Positions 32,937 to 40,455 of a stretch of 40,883 nucleotides of DNA are shown here, piece after piece. The notes beneath the pieces were generated by a model, which was given only the letters and a program-made list of their open reading frames with translations, did no database searches and was not told where the DNA came from. Source of the stretch: a virus. The translations under genes were made by a program, and so were the position numbers. The stretch spans positions 1 to 40,883 of the IMG/VR virus record IMGVR_UViG_3300031414_000050. One strand, written 5' to 3'. How positions within the stretch are numbered: the stretch's first letter is position 1; each line of letters begins with the position of its first letter.

Positions 32937-32978
32937 AGATTTTAAGTCTGATGCGTCTACCAATTTCGCCATGCCCGC
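32937..32978 (-). tRNA. Partial tRNA only: 5' half of a tRNA-Leu(UAA), from acceptor 5' strand to anticodon loop (not a complete gene)
   Basis: The minus strand reads GCGGGCA-TG-GCG-AAATTGGTAGA-CGC-A-TCAGA-CTTAAAA-TCT. This parallels E. coli leuZ as I recall it element by element. No T-arm or 3' acceptor strand follows. Confidence 0.6.
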
Positions 32979-32988
32979 GCCGGCCCGG

Positions 32989-33016
32989 ATTATAGCACTG
33001 GTGCGGCGTTTAGCAA
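32989..33016 (-). promoter_or_regulatory. Near-consensus sigma70 promoter reading into the tRNA fragment: TTGCTA-16 nt-TGcTATAAT
   Basis: The -35 is at 33016-33011 and the extended -10 at 32997-32989. The first tRNA base (32978) lies 10 nt after the -10. Confidence 0.6.
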
Positions 33017-33067
33017 TTTGGCTCTGCCTTACGCTTTTCCGCAATCGCAAAGCCTTTCCGCAAAATT

Positions 33068-34180
33068 CTATTTCGTGGGCTTTACCAGCTTGCCTTTGCG
33101 GTGCCGGACGTACTGGCGCGTCATGGTCGGCGTCGTGTGTCCGAGCTGCTCCTGGGCCGCGGCCATGCCGGCCGATTCGTCCTTGTCCGTCGCCGCTTTC
33201 GCGCGCAGATCCCGGAACTGGAATTCCTTGATGCGTTCGGCTAGGTCGGGCCGCGCGGCGGCGGCAACGGCGCGCGCACGGTCCATTGCGCCGCGCATCA
33301 TGAACTTCGTCATCGGCGTCCCGTCTGGCATGTTGATCAGGCCGAGCCCCATCACTTTGCGCTGCGCCATGCGTTCGAGCAGCGCTGCGAGCTCGCCCTC
33401 GATGGCGATGCGGAGCTTGTGCTTGGTCTTGCTCTGTCGGAGCCACAGCGCCCCTTCCTTGACGTCGGCGCGCGTGAGCTTCAGCACGTCCGCCGGCCGC
33501 TGCCCAGTCAGGTAGGCCAGGTCGAGCGCATCCTTGAGGGGCGGCTCAGCGGCGTCGTGTACGGCCTGATAGACATCATCCTCGATGTAGACGTCGCGCC
33601 CATCTTCCTCGTGCCCCTTGATACCCGCGCACGGGTTGGCCTTGTTGGTCAATCCCTCGTTGCGCGCGAAATTCCAGATGTGCGACAGCAGCGCCTTCTC
33701 GCGGTTCGCGCTCACGTGCCCAAGGTCTGGCGGCACCGGCTGCAACGGCTTCTTCTCGCGTGCACGCTGCCTGTTTGCCTCGACTGCCTTTTCCTTCGTC
33801 ATCCGCACGCGCCAGTCCAGGTACTGCCGCACGTGCATAGGTTCGATCTTGTCCAGCGGGATCGGCGGCTTGTCGAAGAACTGGTACAACACCTCCAGCT
33901 CACGCAGGTTATTTTTTTGCGTCCCTGGGGCCTTCCCTGGCAGCACTTCGCGCATGTAGCGCTCGGCCGCGTGCCGGAGCGTGATCGCGGCGGCGGCCGG
34001 CACCGCGCTTACTGTCAGCTCCGCCCACTTCTGCACTGCGGCCACGTAATCATCGACCGCGAGCGGCACCTCCCGGCGCGGCCGCCCGCCCAGGTCGAGC
34101 AGATAATAGGTCCGCCCTCCCCTGACGCGCGCGCGCATCCCCTTCGGCAGGTTCAAGTTTTTCGTTGGCCTGCGGCCCAT
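33068..34180 (-). CDS. int: Tyrosine integrase
   Basis: The catalytic signature reads LTGQRPADV (Arg), RDLRAK, LGHTT (His) and MTRQYVR (Tyr). It has an N-terminal arm-binding-type domain and is adjacent to attP. Confidence 0.95.
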   Translation of the reverse strand: MGRRPTKNLNLPKGMRARVRGGRTYYLLDLGGRPRREVPLAVDDYVAAVQKWAELTVSAVPAAAAITLRHAAERYMREVLPGKAPGTQKNNLRELEVLYQFFDKPPIPLDKIEPMHVRQYLDWRVRMTKEKAVEANRQRAREKKPLQPVPPDLGHVSANREKALLSHIWNFARNEGLTNKANPCAGIKGHEEDGRDVYIEDDVYQAVHDAAEPPLKDALDLAYLTGQRPADVLKLTRADVKEGALWLRQSKTKHKLRIAIEGELAALLERMAQRKVMGLGLINMPDGTPMTKFMMRGAMDRARAVAAAARPDLAERIKEFQFRDLRAKAATDKDESAGMAAAQEQLGHTTPTMTRQYVRHRKGKLVKPTK

Positions 34181-34183
34181 ACA

Positions 34184-34399
34184 TCATCCCTTCCGTAATA
34201 CGTCCGGCACCCATACCTTCTCGGGTGGTTTTGCCGTCTTCACCCGCCCCTCGATCGCCGCGCGCGGGACAATCGGGCGCCCGACTGCATTGGTGAAGAA
34301 CGGAATGCCCTGCGCGCGCAACTGGTCCGCCTGCAGTGCGTGCTTAGTGCGCCCCGTCAGCTCGCGCACTTCTTCCGCTGCCAAAAATGTATCCGACAT
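34184..34399 (-). CDS. xis: Excisionase-like DUF4224 protein
   Basis: It contains FLAAEEVRELTGRTKHALQADQLRAQGIPFF and lies immediately upstream of int. Confidence 0.78.
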   Translation of the reverse strand: MSDTFLAAEEVRELTGRTKHALQADQLRAQGIPFFTNAVGRPIVPRAAIEGRVKTAKPPEKVWVPDVLRKG

Positions 34400-34408
34400 C
34401 CCCTTCCC

Positions 34409-34597
34409 CTATTCCATTCCAGTATCCGGAAATCGACGGCGCTCGACCCGCGGCGGAACCTCGCCCGGCGCCGGCCGGATCATTCCCGGTTGCGCGGGAA
34501 CCGCCGGTTGATCCCGGCGCTCGAGACTGCGGCGATCAGTGATCGCGTCGTAAAATATGGCCTGGCTCTGCCGGCGATCCTGCTGTCGTTCGATCAT
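34409..34597 (-). CDS. Hypothetical Arg-rich small protein (62 aa)
   Basis: The ATG at 34597 follows GAAGGAGAAAACGC and forms an ATGA overlap with the upstream stop. Confidence 0.5.
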   Translation of the reverse strand: MIERQQDRRQSQAIFYDAITDRRSLERRDQPAVPAQPGMIRPAPGEVPPRVERRRFPDTGME

Positions 34598-35214
34598 GCG
34601 TTTTCTCCTTCTTCGATATTGCCCAGCGCCGAGAATTGCGCACTGGTCTGCTGCTCTGGGTCTAGTCCCGGCTTTTCGGTATTGCCAGGAGCAGGAGCAG
34701 CGCCGATCATGTCGCGGTAGCATTCCCATGCTTTGTTCGCAGGGGATCGCTTGTCACTGAAATGGCGCATGCCCGCGCGCAGCATCATCGCATCAGCCTT
34801 GATTGGCACCAGCTTGAACCCTGCCGGCACTGCATCGCCAGCACTGCGAGCGCCCTGCAACAAGGTGTCGATGTGGGCGATGAGGGCGGCACGGCTCCCG
34901 GCCTGCTTCTCGTCGCCCTCGGTCCAGTTGTGGCCGAACGCGGCCAGCAGCTCGTTAAATTCCGGATCGTCGGCAATGCTCTGTCTCTCCCCTGCAGTAG
35001 GGGCGGAGACAGGGGCGAACAGACGCTTGTATTCAGCTTCGGCGGTATCGTGCTTATTGAGCGGGTGGTCGTCGGTCCACTCGCCGATGTCGCGACCTTC
35101 GATAGACATGACGGTCGGGTCTAGCCCGCGCGCATTCTCGGCAATGACCGAAAGCGATTCGGGGCCGTAATTCTCGAAGTCGATGACAAGCAATTCCAAT
35201 TTGTAAGCTTTCAC
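34594..35214 (-). CDS. Hypothetical early protein (206 aa)
   Basis: The GTG start at 35214 lies 5 nt after AAGGAGAG and overlaps the upstream stop as GTGA. Confidence 0.7.
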   Translation of the reverse strand: MKAYKLELLVIDFENYGPESLSVIAENARGLDPTVMSIEGRDIGEWTDDHPLNKHDTAEAEYKRLFAPVSAPTAGERQSIADDPEFNELLAAFGHNWTEGDEKQAGSRAALIAHIDTLLQGARSAGDAVPAGFKLVPIKADAMMLRAGMRHFSDKRSPANKAWECYRDMIGAAPAPGNTEKPGLDPEQQTSAQFSALGNIEEGENA

Positions 35215-35774
35215 GCATTCTCTCCTTTATTGATAGTCGGCTGCTCGCCTTCCTGACCCGCCTCCAGTGCTGCCAGCTGGTGCAGGGTGTCGCGCGCCAG
35301 ATCAGCAAGGAACCAGTTGCGCTCCTTCTTCGCGGCCACGATGGTGTTGCGCAGGACCGCCGCGAACTTGACTGCTTCGCGCTGTTCGCCAACCTGGCCG
35401 GCTTGCTTGCGCAGGTAGTGAGAGATGGCTTCGCGCTGGATCTGCTCGACCTGCTCGGCGAGGTAGACATAGCCGTGCTGAGTATGGAATGCGGGCTGCG
35501 GCAACTCCGGCAGGTCTACTGCCGCACCATCATCAGGGCCACATCGGTCGCAGATCGGGTCGTACCATTTCTTCGTGCCTGGCGTCTGCGCTTGGTATTG
35601 CTTATCGGTCAGATACGGCTTTAGGCCCGCGATGCCATTGAACTTCCAGCGTAGTGCCGCACCATCGGCGACAGGAGCGCGGCGGACCGCTGGACAGCCT
35701 TCGTGATGACTTCCTTTTGCGCCGCAGTTGTAGCAGGTAAAGCCGGCTTCGATGTTGAGGTGGTTATCAGCCAT
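35211..35774 (-). CDS. Hypothetical protein with CxxC...C and CxxC motifs (187 aa)
   Basis: The ATG at 35774 follows GGAG. The motifs are CYNCG...HHEGC and CDRCG. Confidence 0.68.
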   Translation of the reverse strand: MADNHLNIEAGFTCYNCGAKGSHHEGCPAVRRAPVADGAALRWKFNGIAGLKPYLTDKQYQAQTPGTKKWYDPICDRCGPDDGAAVDLPELPQPAFHTQHGYVYLAEQVEQIQREAISHYLRKQAGQVGEQREAVKFAAVLRNTIVAAKKERNWFLADLARDTLHQLAALEAGQEGEQPTINKGENA

Positions 35775-35994
35775 TGGTCGGCTCCGTCGGATCGATGTTG
35801 ATCGACCACTGATTGGACGAGATCCAGATGGTGTCCGGATACCCTGCAATATCCAGGCGCCCGCCGTCGAAACTCAGGCCAGTGAATCGAGCGACCTCCA
35901 CCTCGGCAATCACTTCGCTGGATGCGGTGCCGGTTGCCTTCTTCGTGCGCTTAAAGGCGTTGTCGCCCCAGTCAACTACTTGAACCTTGGTCAT
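35767..35994 (-). CDS. Hypothetical protein (75 aa)
   Basis: It is coupled at both ends, by a TAATG junction and by an 8-nt overlap. Confidence 0.6.
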   Translation of the reverse strand: MTKVQVVDWGDNAFKRTKKATGTASSEVIAEVEVARFTGLSFDGGRLDIAGYPDTIWISSNQWSINIDPTEPTNG

Positions 35995-36320
35995 TATTCG
36001 TTCTCCTTTTTGGTTTCCGGGGTAGCCTTCTCGCCACTCTTGGCGCTCGCTGCCTCCTGAGAGGCGGCCAAGTTCAGATCGTCGCTGGCGCGGCGGTGGA
36101 TGTAGAATCCGTTCTTGTCGAGCACCATGCCCTTACGCGTCCAGTGGAAGCGCTCGACGCCGGGCTGCTCCGTGGCCAGGATCTTCTCCAGCAAGATCGC
36201 CGCGCTGTCGAGCGAGCCGACTACCGTGAACGGGTTGCCCGTGCCCAGGTACTCGCGCACCTCGAAGCCAGCGCCTCGGAAGATGTCGATCACATCCTGC
36301 ACGATGGTTTTCTCAGCCAT
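35994..36320 (-). CDS. Hypothetical protein (108 aa)
   Basis: It is a clean ORF in the coupled early-left operon. Confidence 0.65.
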   Translation of the reverse strand: MAEKTIVQDVIDIFRGAGFEVREYLGTGNPFTVVGSLDSAAILLEKILATEQPGVERFHWTRKGMVLDKNGFYIHRRASDDLNLAASQEAASAKSGEKATPETKKENE

Positions 36321-37590
36321 GTTCGACTCCTTTCAGATCGTCGCCCATAGCGCCGCTTTCCTTGGCGATCACCTGAGCCAGCTTCGGGCGGCCCGATTCA
36401 TCCATCCAGGCGGCGAACCACTTGGCGCTGGCTTGGGCCTGCTGAGCGGCCATAGCTGCGTCGATGGCTTCGCGCAACGTTTCGGCTACGAAGGTCTTTC
36501 CGAAGGCGCGGACGTTGGGCATCGAGTCTTCCTTGCGCTCAGCAATCTGCTCAAGGAAGTCGAGTCTCGCCGCATCCTTGGCATCCTCCACCATCCCCGC
36601 AGTAGCAGGAGCAGGAGCAGGAGCAGGAGCGGCGAGAAGCTGATCGACTTTCGTGCTGTAGCGCGCAGCTAGGGCGCGGACATACAGGATGTAGGTGATC
36701 AGGTCATCGATGGTCGGGTCTTTCCCTTTGAGGTCATCGATCCATTGAGGCAGCTTTTCAAGGGCCGACGCAGCACCTGCTATGGCTGCACGCCAGGCGT
36801 TGGCTGCGGCGAAGATCTCCAAGCGGCACGCGATACGCTTGTCGCTGTTGCGCTCGTCATAGGTCACGGCGTCCATGTAGGCGTCCAGCGCGTCCATGAA
36901 TCGGCGGTCGGCGCTGATCGGCGCTCCTTGCTGCGCAGCGGGTGCGGCGGTAACGCGGCGGCGCTCAACCTTATAGCTGTTCTCGAACTCATCGCCACGA
37001 CCGGGATGCCACTGGCTCCAGCCTGTTGCCGGGCCAGCGCTGACGCGGTACTGCCAGTTTGCATCGGCAGGCTGCGCCGGGGCGGTCACAGTGGCGGTAG
37101 AGGCGGCGAACCTGTAGTCGAGGCGAGCTTGGGAGCGGCGTGCGGCTTCGCACAGAATTGACGCCTCCTCCATGAGTCCGGCGGCCTTGATCTTGTGGCC
37201 CGCTTCCTCCTCGCGCTGCCCGTAGATTGGCTCGCCATCATCCGGCACTTCTCGCACTACTGGTGCATGGCGCTGTGCGCGATCAGCTGCGACAGCGGCG
37301 CGGGCGTAGTCCATCATCTGACCAACGGTATAGCAAGGTGTGCCATGCCTGGTCGAAACCATCGGGTCCGGCATCGGCGGCAGCTCTCCCGCTCCGACAG
37401 CGGCAGCAGGGGTGCGGCGGGCGGCGTCCAGCCCTGCGCAGAAAGCCATCTTCACCAGCGCATGCAGCCTTTCCGGCTCACGATGAGCACTGACCATCAT
37501 TGACTTGCGCGTGTCGGTTTCGATGGCGGTCCACCAGCGCAGATACTCGCGCTCGGCTTCAATACTCGCGCCTTGGTTCTGGTTATTCAT
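36313..37590 (-). CDS. Hypothetical modular early protein (425 aa) with an Ala-Pro linker
   Basis: It is a clean long ORF. Its C-terminal module is shared with 37758-38588. Confidence 0.75.
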   Translation of the reverse strand: MNNQNQGASIEAEREYLRWWTAIETDTRKSMMVSAHREPERLHALVKMAFCAGLDAARRTPAAAVGAGELPPMPDPMVSTRHGTPCYTVGQMMDYARAAVAADRAQRHAPVVREVPDDGEPIYGQREEEAGHKIKAAGLMEEASILCEAARRSQARLDYRFAASTATVTAPAQPADANWQYRVSAGPATGWSQWHPGRGDEFENSYKVERRRVTAAPAAQQGAPISADRRFMDALDAYMDAVTYDERNSDKRIACRLEIFAAANAWRAAIAGAASALEKLPQWIDDLKGKDPTIDDLITYILYVRALAARYSTKVDQLLAAPAPAPAPATAGMVEDAKDAARLDFLEQIAERKEDSMPNVRAFGKTFVAETLREAIDAAMAAQQAQASAKWFAAWMDESGRPKLAQVIAKESGAMGDDLKGVEHG

Positions 37591-37765
37591 TCGGTTTCCT
37601 TTTCAGATCGGGGCAATCGCCACCGCAAAAACAATCCATGCCCATGCAGCGCGAGACCTGGGCGCGAGGCTTACCTTTGGGTTGCGCCTCACTGGCCGGC
37701 TTAGCAGGCGCGACCTTTTGCGAGAGCGCAGCGGCGATCGCCGCAATCAACGTAGCGTTACGCAT
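37583..37765 (-). CDS. Hypothetical small protein (60 aa) with a hydrophobic N-terminus and a Cys cluster
   Basis: The ATG at 37765 follows GGAGGGCGGCA. The Cys cluster is CMGMDCFCGGDC. Confidence 0.5.
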   Translation of the reverse strand: MRNATLIAAIAAALSQKVAPAKPASEAQPKGKPRAQVSRCMGMDCFCGGDCPDLKRKPNE

Positions 37766-38588
37766 TGCCGCCCTCCTGCTGGGTGGCGCGCATGGCTGCG
37801 TCGATGGCTGCATCAAGATCAAGACACTTGTCGTGTTGGGTGCCATACCAGCGGCCACCGATGGTGATCATTGGCAGGTTGCCTGAGTCTCGAATCCAAC
37901 GATACCGCGCAGCATCCCGCGCATCCTCGCTGGTCGTCGCTGCGACAGCCGAGCAGCTTTCGGTACTCGTGTTGCCGCCCTGCGCGCGGCCCCGGCGGGC
38001 TAACTCTTCGGCAAATGCTTTCAGTCGCGCGAATTGTTCAGTGCAGCGGTAGTCCGGAATCAGGTGGGAAATCCGGTGCCAGTCCGTAGCAACGTGCTTC
38101 AACGCAGCCTCTTCGATAGTCGCGTCGTCAAAGCTAAGTTGGCCAGCGGGTGCCGCGAAGGGCGGCAATACGTTCGACTGCTCATCACTCGGCGCTGCCA
38201 CGGCTGCGGCCTGCTGGGCGGCTACCGGGGCAAGGGTGGCGCGGGCGTCCTGCCACAAGCTAAACAACTCCTGTGAAGGCTGAACGCCTTGGCGCGCACA
38301 TGCCGCGCGGAAGTTGGCCTGATTCTGCATCCCGAGTGACGCGGCCCGCCGTGCGTCTACCGCTTCTCCAGCCTGTACAGACTGGGCGGCGCGTGCCTGA
38401 GCGATCAGGGCGAGAGCCGTAGCAGGACTGAAGCCAGTGATGAAATTGGCCGCAGGCTCGTAGCTGATGCCGTCAGAAAGTTCGAAGTCGTTGTACCAGT
38501 GGTTGCAGTTTTCGTTCTGCCATGCGAGCGCCAGTGCTTCCAGCTTGTCCAGGTCGAGCGGCTGTGCTGCGGTGGTGTTCTTATTCAT
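37758..38588 (-). CDS. Hypothetical early protein (276 aa), Ead/Ea22-like texture
   Basis: The N-terminus reads LDLDKLEALALAW, and the C-terminal module reads DARDAARYRWIRD...AIDAAM. Confidence 0.72.
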   Translation of the reverse strand: MNKNTTAAQPLDLDKLEALALAWQNENCNHWYNDFELSDGISYEPAANFITGFSPATALALIAQARAAQSVQAGEAVDARRAASLGMQNQANFRAACARQGVQPSQELFSLWQDARATLAPVAAQQAAAVAAPSDEQSNVLPPFAAPAGQLSFDDATIEEAALKHVATDWHRISHLIPDYRCTEQFARLKAFAEELARRGRAQGGNTSTESCSAVAATTSEDARDAARYRWIRDSGNLPMITIGGRWYGTQHDKCLDLDAAIDAAMRATQQEGGNA

Positions 38589-38601
38589 CGTTCAGTCCTC
38601 G

Positions 38602-38850
38602 TTATTGTTTGTCGCTACTAGTGCGGTTGTCCGCCTCGGCCTGGGCGAACTTCGGCAGGCCGTTCTCGTTGAACCACAGCGAGAAGTGGCGCGGCGGCAC
38701 GTCTTCCTGCATGCACATTGGCGTGCGCTCAGACGCTTTGCCGCAGGTCGGGCAGGTGAAGCCCATGCCGTGGCAGGAAGCCTGTTGCAAGAAGCCGTTG
38801 CGGCACAGGCCCGGCCCCTGGATGGATGCGGAGCATGCTTGGTTGTCCAT
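38602..38850 (-). CDS. Hypothetical Cys-rich small protein (82 aa), zinc-ribbon-like
   Basis: The ATG at 38850 lies 6 nt after GGGAGG and shares one base with the upstream TGA. The Cys pattern is C...C...CHGMGFTCPTCG...C. Confidence 0.6.
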   Translation of the reverse strand: MDNQACSASIQGPGLCRNGFLQQASCHGMGFTCPTCGKASERTPMCMQEDVPPRHFSLWFNENGLPKFAQAEADNRTSSDKQ

Positions 38851-40436
38851 CACTCGCCTCCCTGTTGTTCGCTGGTTTGGCTGGTGCTCGGGGCAGCGAA
38901 ATCAATGTTGGCGTGGATCGGCGTTGAGTCATTCGGGAAGTCGTCATGGCTCAGGCGGTACGGCCGGATGTTCGTGACGGTCCAGAAGGTCGGCGGGCAG
39001 GTGCGCTTGATCCAGTCGGCGACCAACGATTCCAGTTCCTTGGCCTGCTCGTTGGTCACTTCCGGGTAGTCTTCCGCGTGCTCTCCAGCGATGTCATACG
39101 CGGCCTCGCCGATGTTCTCGATAATGCCGTCTTCGTTGACCAGTTGCGCCGGGTCGGGTCGCACGGCTTCGCCGACCCAAACGGTATCACCCGCTTTCAG
39201 GTGGTCGTTCTCACTCAGCAGTTGGTCGAGCGACGTAGCGTTAAAGTCTTCTTCGTTGGCAGACCAGCATTCCTCGGCTTCGGGTTCGGTCGCCTGATTG
39301 CGCACATCCTCGGCCTGTACTGCAGGCGCGGGAGCAGCGAGATTCTTGACGTAGTTGAACAGCTTCCCGTCAGCAGCAATCGCTTTGTCCAGCGCGGCTT
39401 CATAATCATCGGCGTCACCGCCAATGCGTCCGCACCAGTGCGACGTGTTGGAGACATGAAGGATCAGCTTGCGAAGCTCGTCTTCGTCGAACTGCACCGG
39501 CTCGGCCTTCGCGCTCGGGGCGGCCTTGGATGCGTCGCGCAGCACTCGCTCAACGGCTTCGACCTCGAAGAATTCCTCGGTTTCGAACGTGTAGTTGGTC
39601 GAGATTTCGGCCCCGGTGTGGCGCGTCAGGCCGTCGAAAATCGACATGCGCGGCACGGCGAGAAATTCGCTGTACATGTCTTCGAAGCAGGCTTCGCGTG
39701 CCGAGTCAGTTTCGGCGGCAGCGAAGATCAGTGCCAGCGTGTGCAGTGCATCGCGGCGCTCGTCGGCGGTCGGCTTCGGGCCGTAGAGCCGTTCTGCGAA
39801 CTTGCCTTGCTCGACCTTTTCCGTGGGCGCGCTCGGGGCGGCTTGCGCAGCCTGGTCGACTTCCACGAGCGCGGCGTCGACGATTCCTTCCAGCACATCG
39901 TCCACCTCGGCGGCGGGCGTGAAGTCGTCTTCGCGCATCGTGTTGACCTGCCACGCTTCCCATACGCGCCCGCAGTAGTAGACGCCGTGCAGCGCATTAG
40001 AGACAGCATCGCGCACGCGTTCGCGCAGTTCGTCGCTCGGCTTTCTCTGCTGCGGTGCTGGTGCAGCCTTGGCGGCAGCCGTAAATGCAATGCGTGCGTC
40101 CTCGATGAATTCCGAGCTGTAGATCATCCAGTTGTCATCTCGGTTGACGTTGCACGAATCAGCGCTCCGGTCCGCGAGCGCACGGGCGGCTGCCAGAATC
40201 TGCGCCTCGGTTGCGGTCTGCGGTGCTGGTGCGGTAGATGGCGGGATGGATGCAGCAACCGCCGGCGGCTCAACCATCAGCACCTTCGCGATGGCCGGCA
40301 GCGTGCCGATCGCGATGAACTTCGGCGTGCCCGGCAGCGGGATCAGGGCCGATTCGGTCTTCGTGCACTGCTGGTGTCCGACTGCGGCCGCGATCAGGCG
40401 GATCCGGGTGTGCTCGCAAAGGTCTTTGGTGTCCAT
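38850..40436 (-). CDS. Hypothetical large acidic early protein (528 aa)
   Basis: It is a clean long ORF, and I recognise no motif in it. Confidence 0.75.
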   Translation of the reverse strand: MDTKDLCEHTRIRLIAAAVGHQQCTKTESALIPLPGTPKFIAIGTLPAIAKVLMVEPPAVAASIPPSTAPAPQTATEAQILAAARALADRSADSCNVNRDDNWMIYSSEFIEDARIAFTAAAKAAPAPQQRKPSDELRERVRDAVSNALHGVYYCGRVWEAWQVNTMREDDFTPAAEVDDVLEGIVDAALVEVDQAAQAAPSAPTEKVEQGKFAERLYGPKPTADERRDALHTLALIFAAAETDSAREACFEDMYSEFLAVPRMSIFDGLTRHTGAEISTNYTFETEEFFEVEAVERVLRDASKAAPSAKAEPVQFDEDELRKLILHVSNTSHWCGRIGGDADDYEAALDKAIAADGKLFNYVKNLAAPAPAVQAEDVRNQATEPEAEECWSANEEDFNATSLDQLLSENDHLKAGDTVWVGEAVRPDPAQLVNEDGIIENIGEAAYDIAGEHAEDYPEVTNEQAKELESLVADWIKRTCPPTFWTVTNIRPYRLSHDDFPNDSTPIHANIDFAAPSTSQTSEQQGGE

Positions 40437-40455
40437 GCTGTCTCTCTCGTTGTCG

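Larger units (their letters stand above)
32815..33067. other. attP region: arm-type repeats flanking a tRNA-derived core
   Basis: TTCCGCAAAA occurs at 32822-32831 and 33056-33065. The variant TTCCGCAATC is at 33037-33046, and an inverted copy TTTTGCGGAA is at 32884-32893. The centre is AT-rich. The region abuts the int stop at 33068. Confidence 0.7.

Noticed and set aside
32850-33000. A complete tRNA gene at attP
   Set aside because: Only the acceptor 5' strand through the anticodon loop is present. No T-arm (GTTCRA) or complementary 3' acceptor strand (TGCCCGC) lies downstream.
36590-36640. GCAGGA tandem repeat, considered as a possible CRISPR or VNTR
   Set aside because: It is a short in-frame microsatellite encoding an Ala-Pro linker inside 36313-37590. 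No spacer structure or repeat-unit length fits CRISPR.
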